Source: Buchnera aphidicola (Mindarus japonicus) (GTDB lineage Bacteria > Pseudomonadota > Gammaproteobacteria > Enterobacterales > Enterobacteriaceae). Taken from it: 32,000 nt of DNA. The stretch spans positions 1-32,000 of the forward strand of contig NZ_CP135030.1 in NCBI RefSeq assembly GCF_039393905.1, given 5' to 3'. The notes beneath the pieces are model-generated. The model was not told the DNA's origin and did no database searches. It saw only the letters and a list, made by a program, of their open reading frames with translations. Of this stretch, positions 16,436 to 26,473 are shown piece after piece. Both the position numbers and the translations under genes were made by a program. How positions within the stretch are numbered: the first letter of the stretch is position 1; each line of letters begins with the position of its first letter.

Positions 16436-17806
16436 ATGTTTTATATGCTAAAAACAGATACAATTGTTTCACAAATTACTCCAAAAGGAAAATCCGCGAT
16501 TGGAGTTATACGCGTTTCAGGAATTAACACAAGAAAGGTAATTTCAAAAGTATTAAAAAAAAAAATTAAACCAAGGTATGTTTATTACGTAAATTTTTTT
16601 GATAAAAAAAACATTATTTTAGATAGTGGTATAGCAATATGGTTTGTATCACCAAATTCATTTACAGGAGAAGATGTATTAGAATTACATAGTCATGGGA
16701 ATCCAATAATCTTAAATTCTATTATTGAAAGAATTATTTCAATAGACGGAATAAGAATAGCAGAACCAGGAGAGTTTTCAAAAAGAGCATTTTTAAATGG
16801 AAAAATTGATTTAGTTCAAGCAGAAGCAATATCAGATGTGATTAACGCACAGTCTCGCCATGCTGTTCAAGCATCTTTAAATTCTTTAAAAGGTATTTTT
16901 TCAAGATATATTAAAGATTTAATAAAATTAATATTAAAATTATGTGTTCATATAGAAGCTGAAATTAATTTTTCGGAAGAAGAAAACATTACTTTAGATT
17001 TTAATATTAGTTATCAACTAAGAAATATATCTTTAAGTTTTTCAAAATTTAATAAGTTTTCGATAGAAAACAATACTGAAAAAGAAGCAGTTCGAGTAGT
17101 TATTGTTGGTCATCCTAACGCAGGAAAATCTAGTTTATTCAATGCCTTAGTTCTTGAAGATCGATCAATAGTAACTGACATTTCTGGAACCACTAGAGAT
17201 GTAATTTATGAAAATTTATTAATAAATGGAACAAATGTTAAAATAGTCGATACAGCTGGGCTGCATGATTCTAAAGATAGAGTTGAAAAAATTGGAATTC
17301 AAAAAGCATGGGAAGAAATTAAAATTGCAGAATATATATTTTTTGTTATAGATGCAAATCTAAACATAGAAATACAAAAAAAACATTTTGAAAAATTTAT
17401 TTTTTCTTTATCAGATAATTCAAAGAATATTATAATTATTTTAAACAAAATTGATCTTGTTAAAAAAAATAAAAAATTATTTACTTCTAAAAAACATTTA
17501 GTAATAAAAATATCTGTTAAGAAGGATATTGGAATTAACTTAATTCAAAAGATATTAAAAGAAAGTATTATTTTTTATGGAAATACAGAAGATAAATTTT
17601 TAGCACGTTTTCGTCATATAAGTGCTTTAAAAATTGCTAAAAAACAGTTTATTATAGCAAGAAAAAATTGGAATAAGCAAAAAAATATCGAACTATTAGC
17701 AGAAGATTTAAAAATAATTCAAAATACATTAAATAAAATTACTGGAAAAATAACTTCCGATGATGTATTAAAAAAAATTTTTTCTGAATTTTGTATTGGA
17801 AAATAA
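16436..17806 (+). CDS. mnmE: tRNA modification GTPase MnmE (TrmE/ThdF)
   Basis: 456 aa with G-domain motifs GHPNAGKSSLFNAL and DTAG, and the diagnostic C-terminal FCIGK. The ATG at 16445 (MLKTDTIVSQ) is an equally plausible start. Confidence 0.94.
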   Translation: MFYMLKTDTIVSQITPKGKSAIGVIRVSGINTRKVISKVLKKKIKPRYVYYVNFFDKKNIILDSGIAIWFVSPNSFTGEDVLELHSHGNPIILNSIIERIISIDGIRIAEPGEFSKRAFLNGKIDLVQAEAISDVINAQSRHAVQASLNSLKGIFSRYIKDLIKLILKLCVHIEAEINFSEEENITLDFNISYQLRNISLSFSKFNKFSIENNTEKEAVRVVIVGHPNAGKSSLFNALVLEDRSIVTDISGTTRDVIYENLLINGTNVKIVDTAGLHDSKDRVEKIGIQKAWEEIKIAEYIFFVIDANLNIEIQKKHFEKFIFSLSDNSKNIIIILNKIDLVKKNKKLFTSKKHLVIKISVKKDIGINLIQKILKESIIFYGNTEDKFLARFRHISALKIAKKQFIIARKNWNKQKNIELLAEDLKIIQNTLNKITGKITSDDVLKKIFSEFCIGK

Positions 17807-17817
17807 TTTTTAATATA

Positions 17818-17890
17818 TGCCCGAAGGCGGAATTGAACCACCGACACGGGGATTTTCAGTCCCCTGCTCTACCGACTGAGCTATTCGGGC
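17818..17890 (-). tRNA. tRNA-Phe (anticodon GAA), CCA not encoded
   Basis: The reverse complement reads GCCCGAATAGCTCAGTCGGTAGAGCAGGGGACTGAAAATCCCCGTGTCGGTGGTTCAATTCCGCCTTCGGGCA. It folds as a cloverleaf with anticodon loop CTGAAAA and closely matches E. coli tRNA-Phe. Confidence 0.95.
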
Positions 17891-17898
17891 TATAAAGT

Positions 17899-17928
17899 AT
17901 TTAAACATTATTTGGATACTTATGTCAA
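17899..17928 (-). promoter_or_regulatory. Candidate sigma-70 promoter for tRNA-Phe
   Basis: On the minus strand there is a perfect TTGACA (17928-17923), then an 18-nt spacer, then TTAAAT (17904-17899) ending 8 nt before the mature tRNA 5' end. The -10-like hexamer has weak discriminating power in AT-rich DNA. Confidence 0.4.
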
Positions 17929-17976
17929 ATATTTTATAAATATCTTATCTTTAATTAAATAAAAATGAATACCCCC

Positions 17977-18005
17977 CTTGAAAATTTCTTTATTCATCCC
18001 TATAT
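17977..18005 (+). promoter_or_regulatory. Sigma-32 (heat-shock) type promoter of the groES-groEL operon
   Basis: CCCCCTTGAAAA (CTTGAAA at 17977-17983), then a 14-nt spacer, then CCCTATAT (17998-18005). This matches the E. coli sigma-32 consensus CTTGAAA-N13-17-CCCCATNT, lies about 85 nt upstream of groES, and is the only C-rich patch in the spacer. Confidence 0.7.
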
Positions 18006-18089
18006 CAATTATAGGAAACTTGTTAAAAAATTTAATTTTTTAATAAAAAAAAATTAATTTTTTTGAATTTTTAAAGGAGAAGTAAAAAA

Positions 18090-18383
18090 ATGAAAATTCG
18101 TCCATTACATGATCGTGTTATAATAAAAAGAAATGAAGTTGAATTAAAATCAGCAGGTGGAATTGTTTTAACTGGTTCTGCAGCTGGAAAATCTACTAGA
18201 GGAACAATTACAGCGGTAGGTAATGGAAGAGTGTTAGAAAATGGAAAAGTAAAACCTTTAGATGTAAAGGTCGGAGATGTAGTAATTTTTAATGAAGGAT
18301 ATGGAGCAAAAACTGAAAAAATTGATAATACAGAGTTATTAATTTTAACAGAGAGTGATATTTTAGCAGTTGTTGAAGAGTAA
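18090..18383 (+). CDS. groES: Co-chaperonin GroES
   Basis: 97 aa. [14 protein letters not shown]...[16 protein letters not shown] is near-identical to E. coli GroES. Confidence 0.98.
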   Translation: MKIRPLHDRVIIKRNEVELKSAGGIVLTGSAAGKSTRGTITAVGNGRVLENGKVKPLDVKVGDVVIFNEGYGAKTEKIDNTELLILTESDILAVVEE

Positions 18384-18421
18384 AGTTAACCAACATATTT
18401 ACTGATAAAACACTTACTTAA

Positions 18422-20080
<1,659 letters not shown>

Positions 20081-20103
20081 TTTTTTTTAATAATTAATTC
20101 TTT

Positions 20104-20138
20104 TCTCCCTAAATATTATATATTTAGGGAGAGTTTTT
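20104..20138 (+). terminator. Intrinsic terminator after groEL
   Basis: TCTCCCTAAATA (20104-20115) pairs with TATTTAGGGAGA (20121-20132) across a TTATA loop, followed by GTTTTTTT. The T-run abuts the epmB stop codon on the opposite strand. Confidence 0.8.
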
Positions 20139-21143
20139 TTAATAATTTATATCAATTGGAATTTTACTATATTTATTAGGTTGTTCTAAAACTAATTTTG
20201 GGACTAAAAACCCAGAAATTTTTTTCATTAAGTTTTTTATAATAAATTTTGCTTTTGATGTAGTAACATAAAAGTGATTAGTTCCATAAACAGGATCTAG
20301 CATGTGTAAATAATAAGGAATGATATTAGCATCAAATAATTTATTGCTTAATTTTAATAGGGAGGTTGTATTATCATTTATCCCTCGAAGTAGAACCGTT
20401 TGATTTAGCAAGAAAACCCCTGTTTTTTTTAATAACTTCATGCTTTCTTTAACTTCATTATCTATTTCTTGAGCATGATTTATATGTGTTACAAATAAAA
20501 CTTTAATTTTTATTGATTGTAAAATTGAACATAGTCTATTTGTAATTCTAGAAGGTATTACTATTGGTAATCTAGTATGAATTCTAATTCTTTTGATATG
20601 TTTTATTTTTTGAATTTTTTTTAATAACCAATTTATTTCTTCATCTTTAGCCATTAAAGGATCTCCACCAGATAAAATTATTTCTTTTAAATTTTTATTT
20701 TTTTTTATGTATTCTAAAGAAAGAGTCCAATTTTTTTTATTTCCTGAATTACTTTCATACGGAAAAAATTTTCTAAAACAATATCTACAATTAATTGCAC
20801 AATTAGTTTTTACTAATAATAAAACTCGATCAGTGTATTTTTTAATTAAACCAGGAACTATAATATTTTTTTTTTCTTCTATAGGATCTTTATTGAATCC
20901 TGGAGAACTAAAAATTTCTTGTTTTTTAATTAAAACTTGTAATAATAAAGGATCTTTTAAATCGTTTTTTTTCATTCTTTTAGCGAATTTTATGGGGACT
21001 CGTAATGGAAATAATTTCCATATTTTATTTTCTTTTTGAAAATCAGTATGATTTTTGATATTTAATAAATTAAATAATTTTTTTGAAGAAGTAATGACTT
21101 GAGAAAGTTCATTAATCCATAATTCTTTTTTTATATTCTTCAT
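20139..21143 (-). CDS. epmB: EF-P beta-lysylation protein EpmB (YjeK, lysine 2,3-aminomutase family)
   Basis: 334 aa with the radical-SAM cluster motif CAINCRYCFRK (CxxxCxxC) and SGGDPL. It is divergent from efp, as in E. coli. Confidence 0.9.
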   Translation of the reverse strand: MKNIKKELWINELSQVITSSKKLFNLLNIKNHTDFQKENKIWKLFPLRVPIKFAKRMKKNDLKDPLLLQVLIKKQEIFSSPGFNKDPIEEKKNIIVPGLIKKYTDRVLLLVKTNCAINCRYCFRKFFPYESNSGNKKNWTLSLEYIKKNKNLKEIILSGGDPLMAKDEEINWLLKKIQKIKHIKRIRIHTRLPIVIPSRITNRLCSILQSIKIKVLFVTHINHAQEIDNEVKESMKLLKKTGVFLLNQTVLLRGINDNTTSLLKLSNKLFDANIIPYYLHMLDPVYGTNHFYVTTSKAKFIIKNLMKKISGFLVPKLVLEQPNKYSKIPIDINY

Positions 21144-21173
21144 TTTTTTTAACTATTTTTTAAAAAGGAAAAT

Positions 21174-21740
21174 ATGACTACATATAATAGTAACTATTTT
21201 AGATCTGGATTAAAAATTATTTTTGATAAAGAACCATACATTATAGAAAGTAGCCAATTTGTTAAACCTGGAAAAGGGCAATCTTTTGTTAGAGTAAAGT
21301 TAAGACGATTATTAACAGGAAAATTAATAGATAAAACTTTTAAAGCCACAGATACATTAAAAAGTGCAGATGTTACAGAAATAACTGTTTCTTATTTATA
21401 TAATAATAGAAAATTTTGGTTTTTTATAAATAAAAAAACATTTGAAGAGGTTTTTGCAACAAAAAAGGTATTAGGAGAGTCCATAAAATGGTTGGTTGAG
21501 CAAGCTAGTTGTTTGGCAACATTATGGAATAATGAAGTAATTTCAATAACTTTAAGTAATTTTGTAGAATTAAAAGTAATGGAAACAAATCCTGGTTTGA
21601 AAGGAGATAGTGTAAGTACAGCTACGAAAAAAGCTAAATTAATTACTGGAGCTATTATTAGAGTTCCTCTTTTTATTAAAGAGGGTGAAACAATCAAAGT
21701 TGATACTAGGTCAGGAGAGTATGTGGGGAGAGTTAGATAG
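21174..21740 (+). CDS. efp: Elongation factor P
   Basis: 188 aa with the [14 protein letters not shown] loop carrying the modified Lys34. Full-length colinearity with E. coli EF-P. Confidence 0.96.
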   Translation: MTTYNSNYFRSGLKIIFDKEPYIIESSQFVKPGKGQSFVRVKLRRLLTGKLIDKTFKATDTLKSADVTEITVSYLYNNRKFWFFINKKTFEEVFATKKVLGESIKWLVEQASCLATLWNNEVISITLSNFVELKVMETNPGLKGDSVSTATKKAKLITGAIIRVPLFIKEGETIKVDTRSGEYVGRVR

Positions 21741-21756
21741 GTTTTATAACTGAGAA

Positions 21757-22497
21757 TCAATATTCATTACCTTGAACATGTTTTCTATAACTGTTCCATT
21801 CAAAAGTTAACCATAAACTTTTTCCTAATTTCATTCGATCAATTACTCTTTCTCCTAATAATAATTTCATTCCTCTATGATCTAAATTCGATAACATACC
21901 AGTAGATTTTTTAGAAGAAGATCTTCTATCGACGATTTGATTGATAATTACTTTTTCATATCTGGATTCTGTTTGCATTCCTATTTCATCTATCATTAAT
22001 AGATCTACACTGCTTAATTCATTTAATAAGCGTTCTTCTGTCATTGTAGTATTTCCATTAAATGTACTTTTTATATTTGACATTAGATCTGCTACAGTTA
22101 CAATGAGTACACTTTTTCCATTTAAAATTAAATAATTTCCGATTGCTGAAGCAAGGTGGTTTTTTCCTGTTCCTGGTCTTCCTGAGAAAATAAAGCTAGC
22201 TATACTAGAGTGAAATTCTTCAGCATATTTTCTTGTTGCTTTGACAACTTTTAAATGTCCTTCATGTTCAATTTTATAATTTTCAAAAGAACAATTTATA
22301 TATAGTTCTTTTATTCCTGATCTTCCAAGTATTTTTTGCATTTTCATCGCTTTATTTTTTCTAATAATTGATTCAGAATCTATTTTTCCTTGTGCTTGAT
22401 TCCAATTAAGTAAATCCATTTCATTTTTAAATTTTGGTTGAATATGATTAGGAATTAATTTTTTTATTCTTTTAAAAATATTAGTATAGTTTTTCAT
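21757..22497 (-). CDS. dnaC: DNA replication helicase loader DnaC
   Basis: 246 aa with Walker A GRPGTGKNHLA, Walker B LLMIDEIG, YEKVIINQIVDRRSSSKKSTGML and a C-terminal GNEY. Colinear with E. coli DnaC. Confidence 0.94.
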   Translation of the reverse strand: MKNYTNIFKRIKKLIPNHIQPKFKNEMDLLNWNQAQGKIDSESIIRKNKAMKMQKILGRSGIKELYINCSFENYKIEHEGHLKVVKATRKYAEEFHSSIASFIFSGRPGTGKNHLASAIGNYLILNGKSVLIVTVADLMSNIKSTFNGNTTMTEERLLNELSSVDLLMIDEIGMQTESRYEKVIINQIVDRRSSSKKSTGMLSNLDHRGMKLLLGERVIDRMKLGKSLWLTFEWNSYRKHVQGNEY

Positions 22498-22711
22498 AAA
22501 AATCTCAATGATTTGTTTAAAAAAATATTTAAAGTATTTAATATATAATTTTTTAAAAATTAGGTTGTATATATTACTAATTTTTTTAATATTTAATATT
22601 TTTAAAGATGATTTTTTTTAAAATTATTATATTTTACCATTTTTTTTAAAAAATTAATAAGTGTATTTAATAAAAATAAAACTTTACTTAAATTAATTTT
22701 TAATTAAAGAT

Positions 22712-23281
22712 TTATATCTTTTTTTTTATATAAAGAAAATATTCGTTATTTTTATTTTTTGTATTTTTTTTTAATATCCAACTTTTTGGGATGTTTACAA
22801 GATTATATTTTTTTGATTTTTCTATATAAACAATAGAACTAGGTTTTATCCAATTATTTTTTTCTAATAAAGAAATTGCTTTTTGTAATAAATTTGATTT
22901 AAAAGGAGGATCTAAGAATATTATATCATAAGGAATTCCTTTTTTTTTTAACCATTTTAAAGCATCAATTTTAATTGCTGATATATTTGGTATATTGAAT
23001 ATATTTTTATAAATATAAGAAATGATCATTTTATTATTTTCTAATAATAAAACTTTATTTGCTCCTCTAGATATAGCTTCTATTCCTAATGCACCGGTTC
23101 CTGCAAAACAATCAAGACAATTAGAATTTTTAATGCTGTCTCGTAACCATTCGAATAAAGTCTCTCTTTTTTTATTAGTTGTTGGTCTATTGTTTAAAGT
23201 TTCTTTAACTTGTAAGAGTTTTTTTTTTAAAAAACCTCCAATAATTCTAATTCTTTTTTTTTTATAAGATTTTTTCTTCAT
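22712..23281 (-). CDS. rsmD: 16S rRNA (guanine966-N2)-methyltransferase RsmD (YhhF)
   Basis: 189 aa with the SAM-binding LDCFAGTGALGIEAISRGA and catalytic DPPF motifs. It is divergent from ftsY, as in E. coli. Confidence 0.88.
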   Translation of the reverse strand: MKKKSYKKKRIRIIGGFLKKKLLQVKETLNNRPTTNKKRETLFEWLRDSIKNSNCLDCFAGTGALGIEAISRGANKVLLLENNKMIISYIYKNIFNIPNISAIKIDALKWLKKKGIPYDIIFLDPPFKSNLLQKAISLLEKNNWIKPSSIVYIEKSKKYNLVNIPKSWILKKNTKNKNNEYFLYIKKKI

Positions 23282-23405
23282 AAAATATATAATTTATTTA
23301 TTTTTATATAATTAAAGTTATTAATATATGATAATATTTATATGTTATAAATCAAAATATTTTTTATAATAAAAAAATATTTTATATTTTTTGATTGGTT
23401 AATTT

Positions 23406-24476
23406 ATGTTAAATAAAAAAAGAAATAGCTTTTTTTCCTGGTTTAAGAAAAAAGTAAATAATGATAATACAAGTGTTGTAAAAGATTTTAAGAAAAAAAA
23501 GAAAAAAACTTGTTTTTCTTTAAAAATTAAAGATAAAGATAATTTAATTAATATTAATAAAAAAAAATCAGATCGTTCTATTTTAAAAATATTTAAAAAT
23601 TGTTTAACGAAAACAAAAATAAAGTTTCAAGATGGAATAAAAAATATTTTCTTTTCAAAAAAAAATATTTTTTATTTAGAAGAATTAGAGGAACAATTGT
23701 TATTAGCTGATGTAGGTAGTGAAACCACTAATGAAATTATAAATAAAATAAAAAAAAAGATAAATTCTTTTAATCAAAATAATAATGAATATTTATATAG
23801 TTTATTAAAAGAATACATGTTAAAAATTTTAACTAAAGTAAAAAAACCAGTAAATATAAATGTAAAAAAGCTTTTTATTATATTAATAGTAGGAGTTAAT
23901 GGAGTAGGGAAAACTACTACTGTTGGAAAATTAGCATATTTTTATAAAAATATAGGGAAATCAGTTAATATAGTAGCAGCAGATACTTTTAGAGCAGCAG
24001 GAATAGAACAATTACAAATTATAGGTAATAAGTATTCTATACCCATAATTTTTGAGAAAATAGGAGCTGATCCAGCTTCAGTAGTTTTTAATGCTGTTCA
24101 TTTAGCCAAAAAAAATAAAATAGATATTTTAATTATCGATACAGCGGGAAGATTGCATAATAAAATTCCATTAATGGAAGAATTAAAAAAAATTAAACGA
24201 GTAATAAAAAAAATAGAGAATATTATTATTGATCAAACAATAATAGTACTGGATGCTTCGATTGGTCAAAATAGTATAAAGCAAGTAGAATCTTTTAATA
24301 AGTATTTAGGATTAAATGGTATTATTTTGACAAAATTAGACGGAACTTCTAAAGGAGGAATTATTTTTAATTTAGCAAATACTTTTAAAATTCCTGTTCA
24401 ATATGTAGGTACAGGGGAAAAAATAACAGATTTATCTTGTTTTAAAAGTACAGAATTTGTTAAAGAAATTTTTTAG
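23406..24476 (+). CDS. ftsY: Signal recognition particle receptor FtsY
   Basis: 356 aa with NG-domain motifs GVNGVGKTTTVGKLA, DTAGR and TKLDGTSKGG. The N-terminal region is short and lysine-rich. Confidence 0.94.
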   Translation: MLNKKRNSFFSWFKKKVNNDNTSVVKDFKKKKKKTCFSLKIKDKDNLININKKKSDRSILKIFKNCLTKTKIKFQDGIKNIFFSKKNIFYLEELEEQLLLADVGSETTNEIINKIKKKINSFNQNNNEYLYSLLKEYMLKILTKVKKPVNINVKKLFIILIVGVNGVGKTTTVGKLAYFYKNIGKSVNIVAADTFRAAGIEQLQIIGNKYSIPIIFEKIGADPASVVFNAVHLAKKNKIDILIIDTAGRLHNKIPLMEELKKIKRVIKKIENIIIDQTIIVLDASIGQNSIKQVESFNKYLGLNGIILTKLDGTSKGGIIFNLANTFKIPVQYVGTGEKITDLSCFKSTEFVKEIF

Positions 24477-24594
24477 TTTTTTAAAAATATTTAAAAAAAT
24501 TTTAGTCTTTGATTTTTTTAAATAATTACAGTAGTATGTAGTTATCTTAAGTAATTTAATATTGTATCAATACAAAAATTATATCTGGATTTAC

Positions 24595-25455
24595 ATGATA
24601 AATAAGGTTCAAATTCTATCTATATCTCCTTTAGGAAATTTAGATGCTTATATTAGAAAAGTGAATTCTTGGCCTATGTTGTCAAGTAAAGAAGAAAAAT
24701 TTCTTTCTGAAAAATTATATTATCATGGAGATCTAGAAGCGGCTAGAACGTTAATTCTATCACATTTAAGATTTGTTATTCATATTTCAAGAAATTATTC
24801 AGGTTACGGTTTGTTACAAGCTGATTTGATTCAAGAAGGAAATATAGGATTAATGAAATCTGTTCGTAGGTTTAATCCAAGTTTAAATGTACGTCTTGTT
24901 TCTTTTGCTGTTCATTGGATTAAATCGGAAATACATGAATATGTTTTAAGAAATTGGAGAATTGTAAAAGTAGCGACTACTAAATCACAAAGAAAATTGT
25001 TTTTTAATCTTAGAAAAAATAAACAACGATTAGGATGGTTTAATAATCAAGAAATTGAAATAGTTGCAAAAGAACTTGGAGTAAGCATTTCAGATGTAAG
25101 AGAAATGGAATCAAGAATGTCAGCACAAGATGTAGCCTTTAATGTTTCATCAGAAGATGATTTTCTTGGAGAAGGAAAATTTTTTAATGTGAAACCTTAT
25201 TTAAAAGATCAATTCTCTAATTTTGCGAATTTTGTCGAGCAAGAAAATTGGAAAAAACATGTTACGAAAAAATTAACTAATGCTTTATTAAAATTAGATA
25301 AAAGAAGTAGACATATTATCAATCTTAGATGGTTAAATGAACATAGTAAGATTACTTTACAAGAAATAGCAAATAATTATGGAATTTCAGCAGAAAGAGT
25401 TCGACAATTAGAAAAAAACGCAATGAAAAAATTAAGAATTGCTATAGAATCATAA
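24595..25455 (+). CDS. rpoH: RNA polymerase heat-shock sigma factor RpoH (sigma-32)
   Basis: 286 aa from the ATG at 24595 ([30 protein letters not shown], matching E. coli [30 protein letters not shown]). The RpoH box [10 protein letters not shown] is present. The ORF-track TTG at 24562 is probably an extension. Confidence 0.95.
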   Translation: MINKVQILSISPLGNLDAYIRKVNSWPMLSSKEEKFLSEKLYYHGDLEAARTLILSHLRFVIHISRNYSGYGLLQADLIQEGNIGLMKSVRRFNPSLNVRLVSFAVHWIKSEIHEYVLRNWRIVKVATTKSQRKLFFNLRKNKQRLGWFNNQEIEIVAKELGVSISDVREMESRMSAQDVAFNVSSEDDFLGEGKFFNVKPYLKDQFSNFANFVEQENWKKHVTKKLTNALLKLDKRSRHIINLRWLNEHSKITLQEIANNYGISAERVRQLEKNAMKKLRIAIES

Positions 25456-25532
25456 ATTTTTTTTCAGTTTAAAGTTAATTTATTTTTAACAAAAGTTTAT
25501 TATTTTAATTATTTTTTTTGAGATTTTATTAT

Positions 25533-26333
25533 ATGGAATATATAGTTGTTTCAGATTTAGATGGTACGTTATTGAACAATAATTTTCAACTTTCTAACTT
25601 TACTAAGTTGGTAATAAGAAAATTAAGTAAAATGGGTATACGTTTTATAATAGCTACCGGGAGGCACTATATTGATGTATTGAAGTTTCAAAAAGAATTG
25701 GGAATTAATTTTTTTTCAATTACTTCTAATGGTTCAAAAATTTATGATTTTTCGGGTAATTTAATTTTTAGTTGTGATTTATCATCAGATGTTTGCATAA
25801 GGTTACAAAAAATAAGAATTTTTGATAAAGATATCTATACTCATGTGTATAAAAATAATCAATGGTATGTTAATGGAATACTTATCAAGAATAATCAAGT
25901 TAATATAAATAAAATTTCTACTTTTTTAGATATTAAAAATAGAAAATTTTTTTTTTCTAAAGTAAGTAAAATATATTTTACTTCTATAGATATAAAAAAA
26001 ATAAAAATTTTAGAAAAAGAAATTTTAAATAATTTTAAAAATGAAGTAAGTATAACTTACTCTTCTCCTCTTTGCTTAGAAATTATGCCTAATAAAATAT
26101 CTAAAGGTTTTGCTTTAAAATTTTTATCAAATTATTTAAAATTTCGCTTAAAAAAATGTATTTCTTTTGGAAATTCTTTAAATGATCAAGAAATGTTAGA
26201 TATTTCTGGAAAAGCTTATATAATGAATAATGCAGATGAAGATTTAAAAAAATCTTTACCTCATTTAAAATGTGTTAAAAACAATTTTGATGATGGAGTG
26301 GCTAATTTTTTAGTTAATTTTTTTAAGATTTAA
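25533..26333 (+). CDS. yigL: Cof-type HAD-IIB phosphatase (YigL-like)
   Basis: 266 aa from the ATG at 25533. It has DLDGTLL (motif I), ATGRH, ITSNG and FGNSLNDQEML (motif IV), and is colinear with E. coli YigL. Its position upstream of metE matches the E. coli order yigL-yigM-metR-metE. Confidence 0.85.
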   Translation: MEYIVVSDLDGTLLNNNFQLSNFTKLVIRKLSKMGIRFIIATGRHYIDVLKFQKELGINFFSITSNGSKIYDFSGNLIFSCDLSSDVCIRLQKIRIFDKDIYTHVYKNNQWYVNGILIKNNQVNINKISTFLDIKNRKFFFSKVSKIYFTSIDIKKIKILEKEILNNFKNEVSITYSSPLCLEIMPNKISKGFALKFLSNYLKFRLKKCISFGNSLNDQEMLDISGKAYIMNNADEDLKKSLPHLKCVKNNFDDGVANFLVNFFKI

Positions 26334-26473
26334 TCTTAAATTATCTAATAAAATTTCAAATAACCCATTTTAAATTAATATGTATATAAATATTTTATTT
26401 TAAATATATTCATATATAAATAAAATTTTTATAGAAGTAATGTTTTTTTAAAATTTTTAATAAGGTTTACTTT

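Noticed and set aside
21392-21760. 122-aa ORF antisense to efp
   Set aside because: It overlaps almost all of the conserved efp C-terminal half and is a shadow ORF. The same reasoning applies to 1272-1520, 4521-4724, 6171-6362, 8798-9022, 20707-21039, 21941-22135, 23022-23267, 26484-26693 and 30358-30558, and to the alternate-frame ORF 16007-16195 inside yidC.
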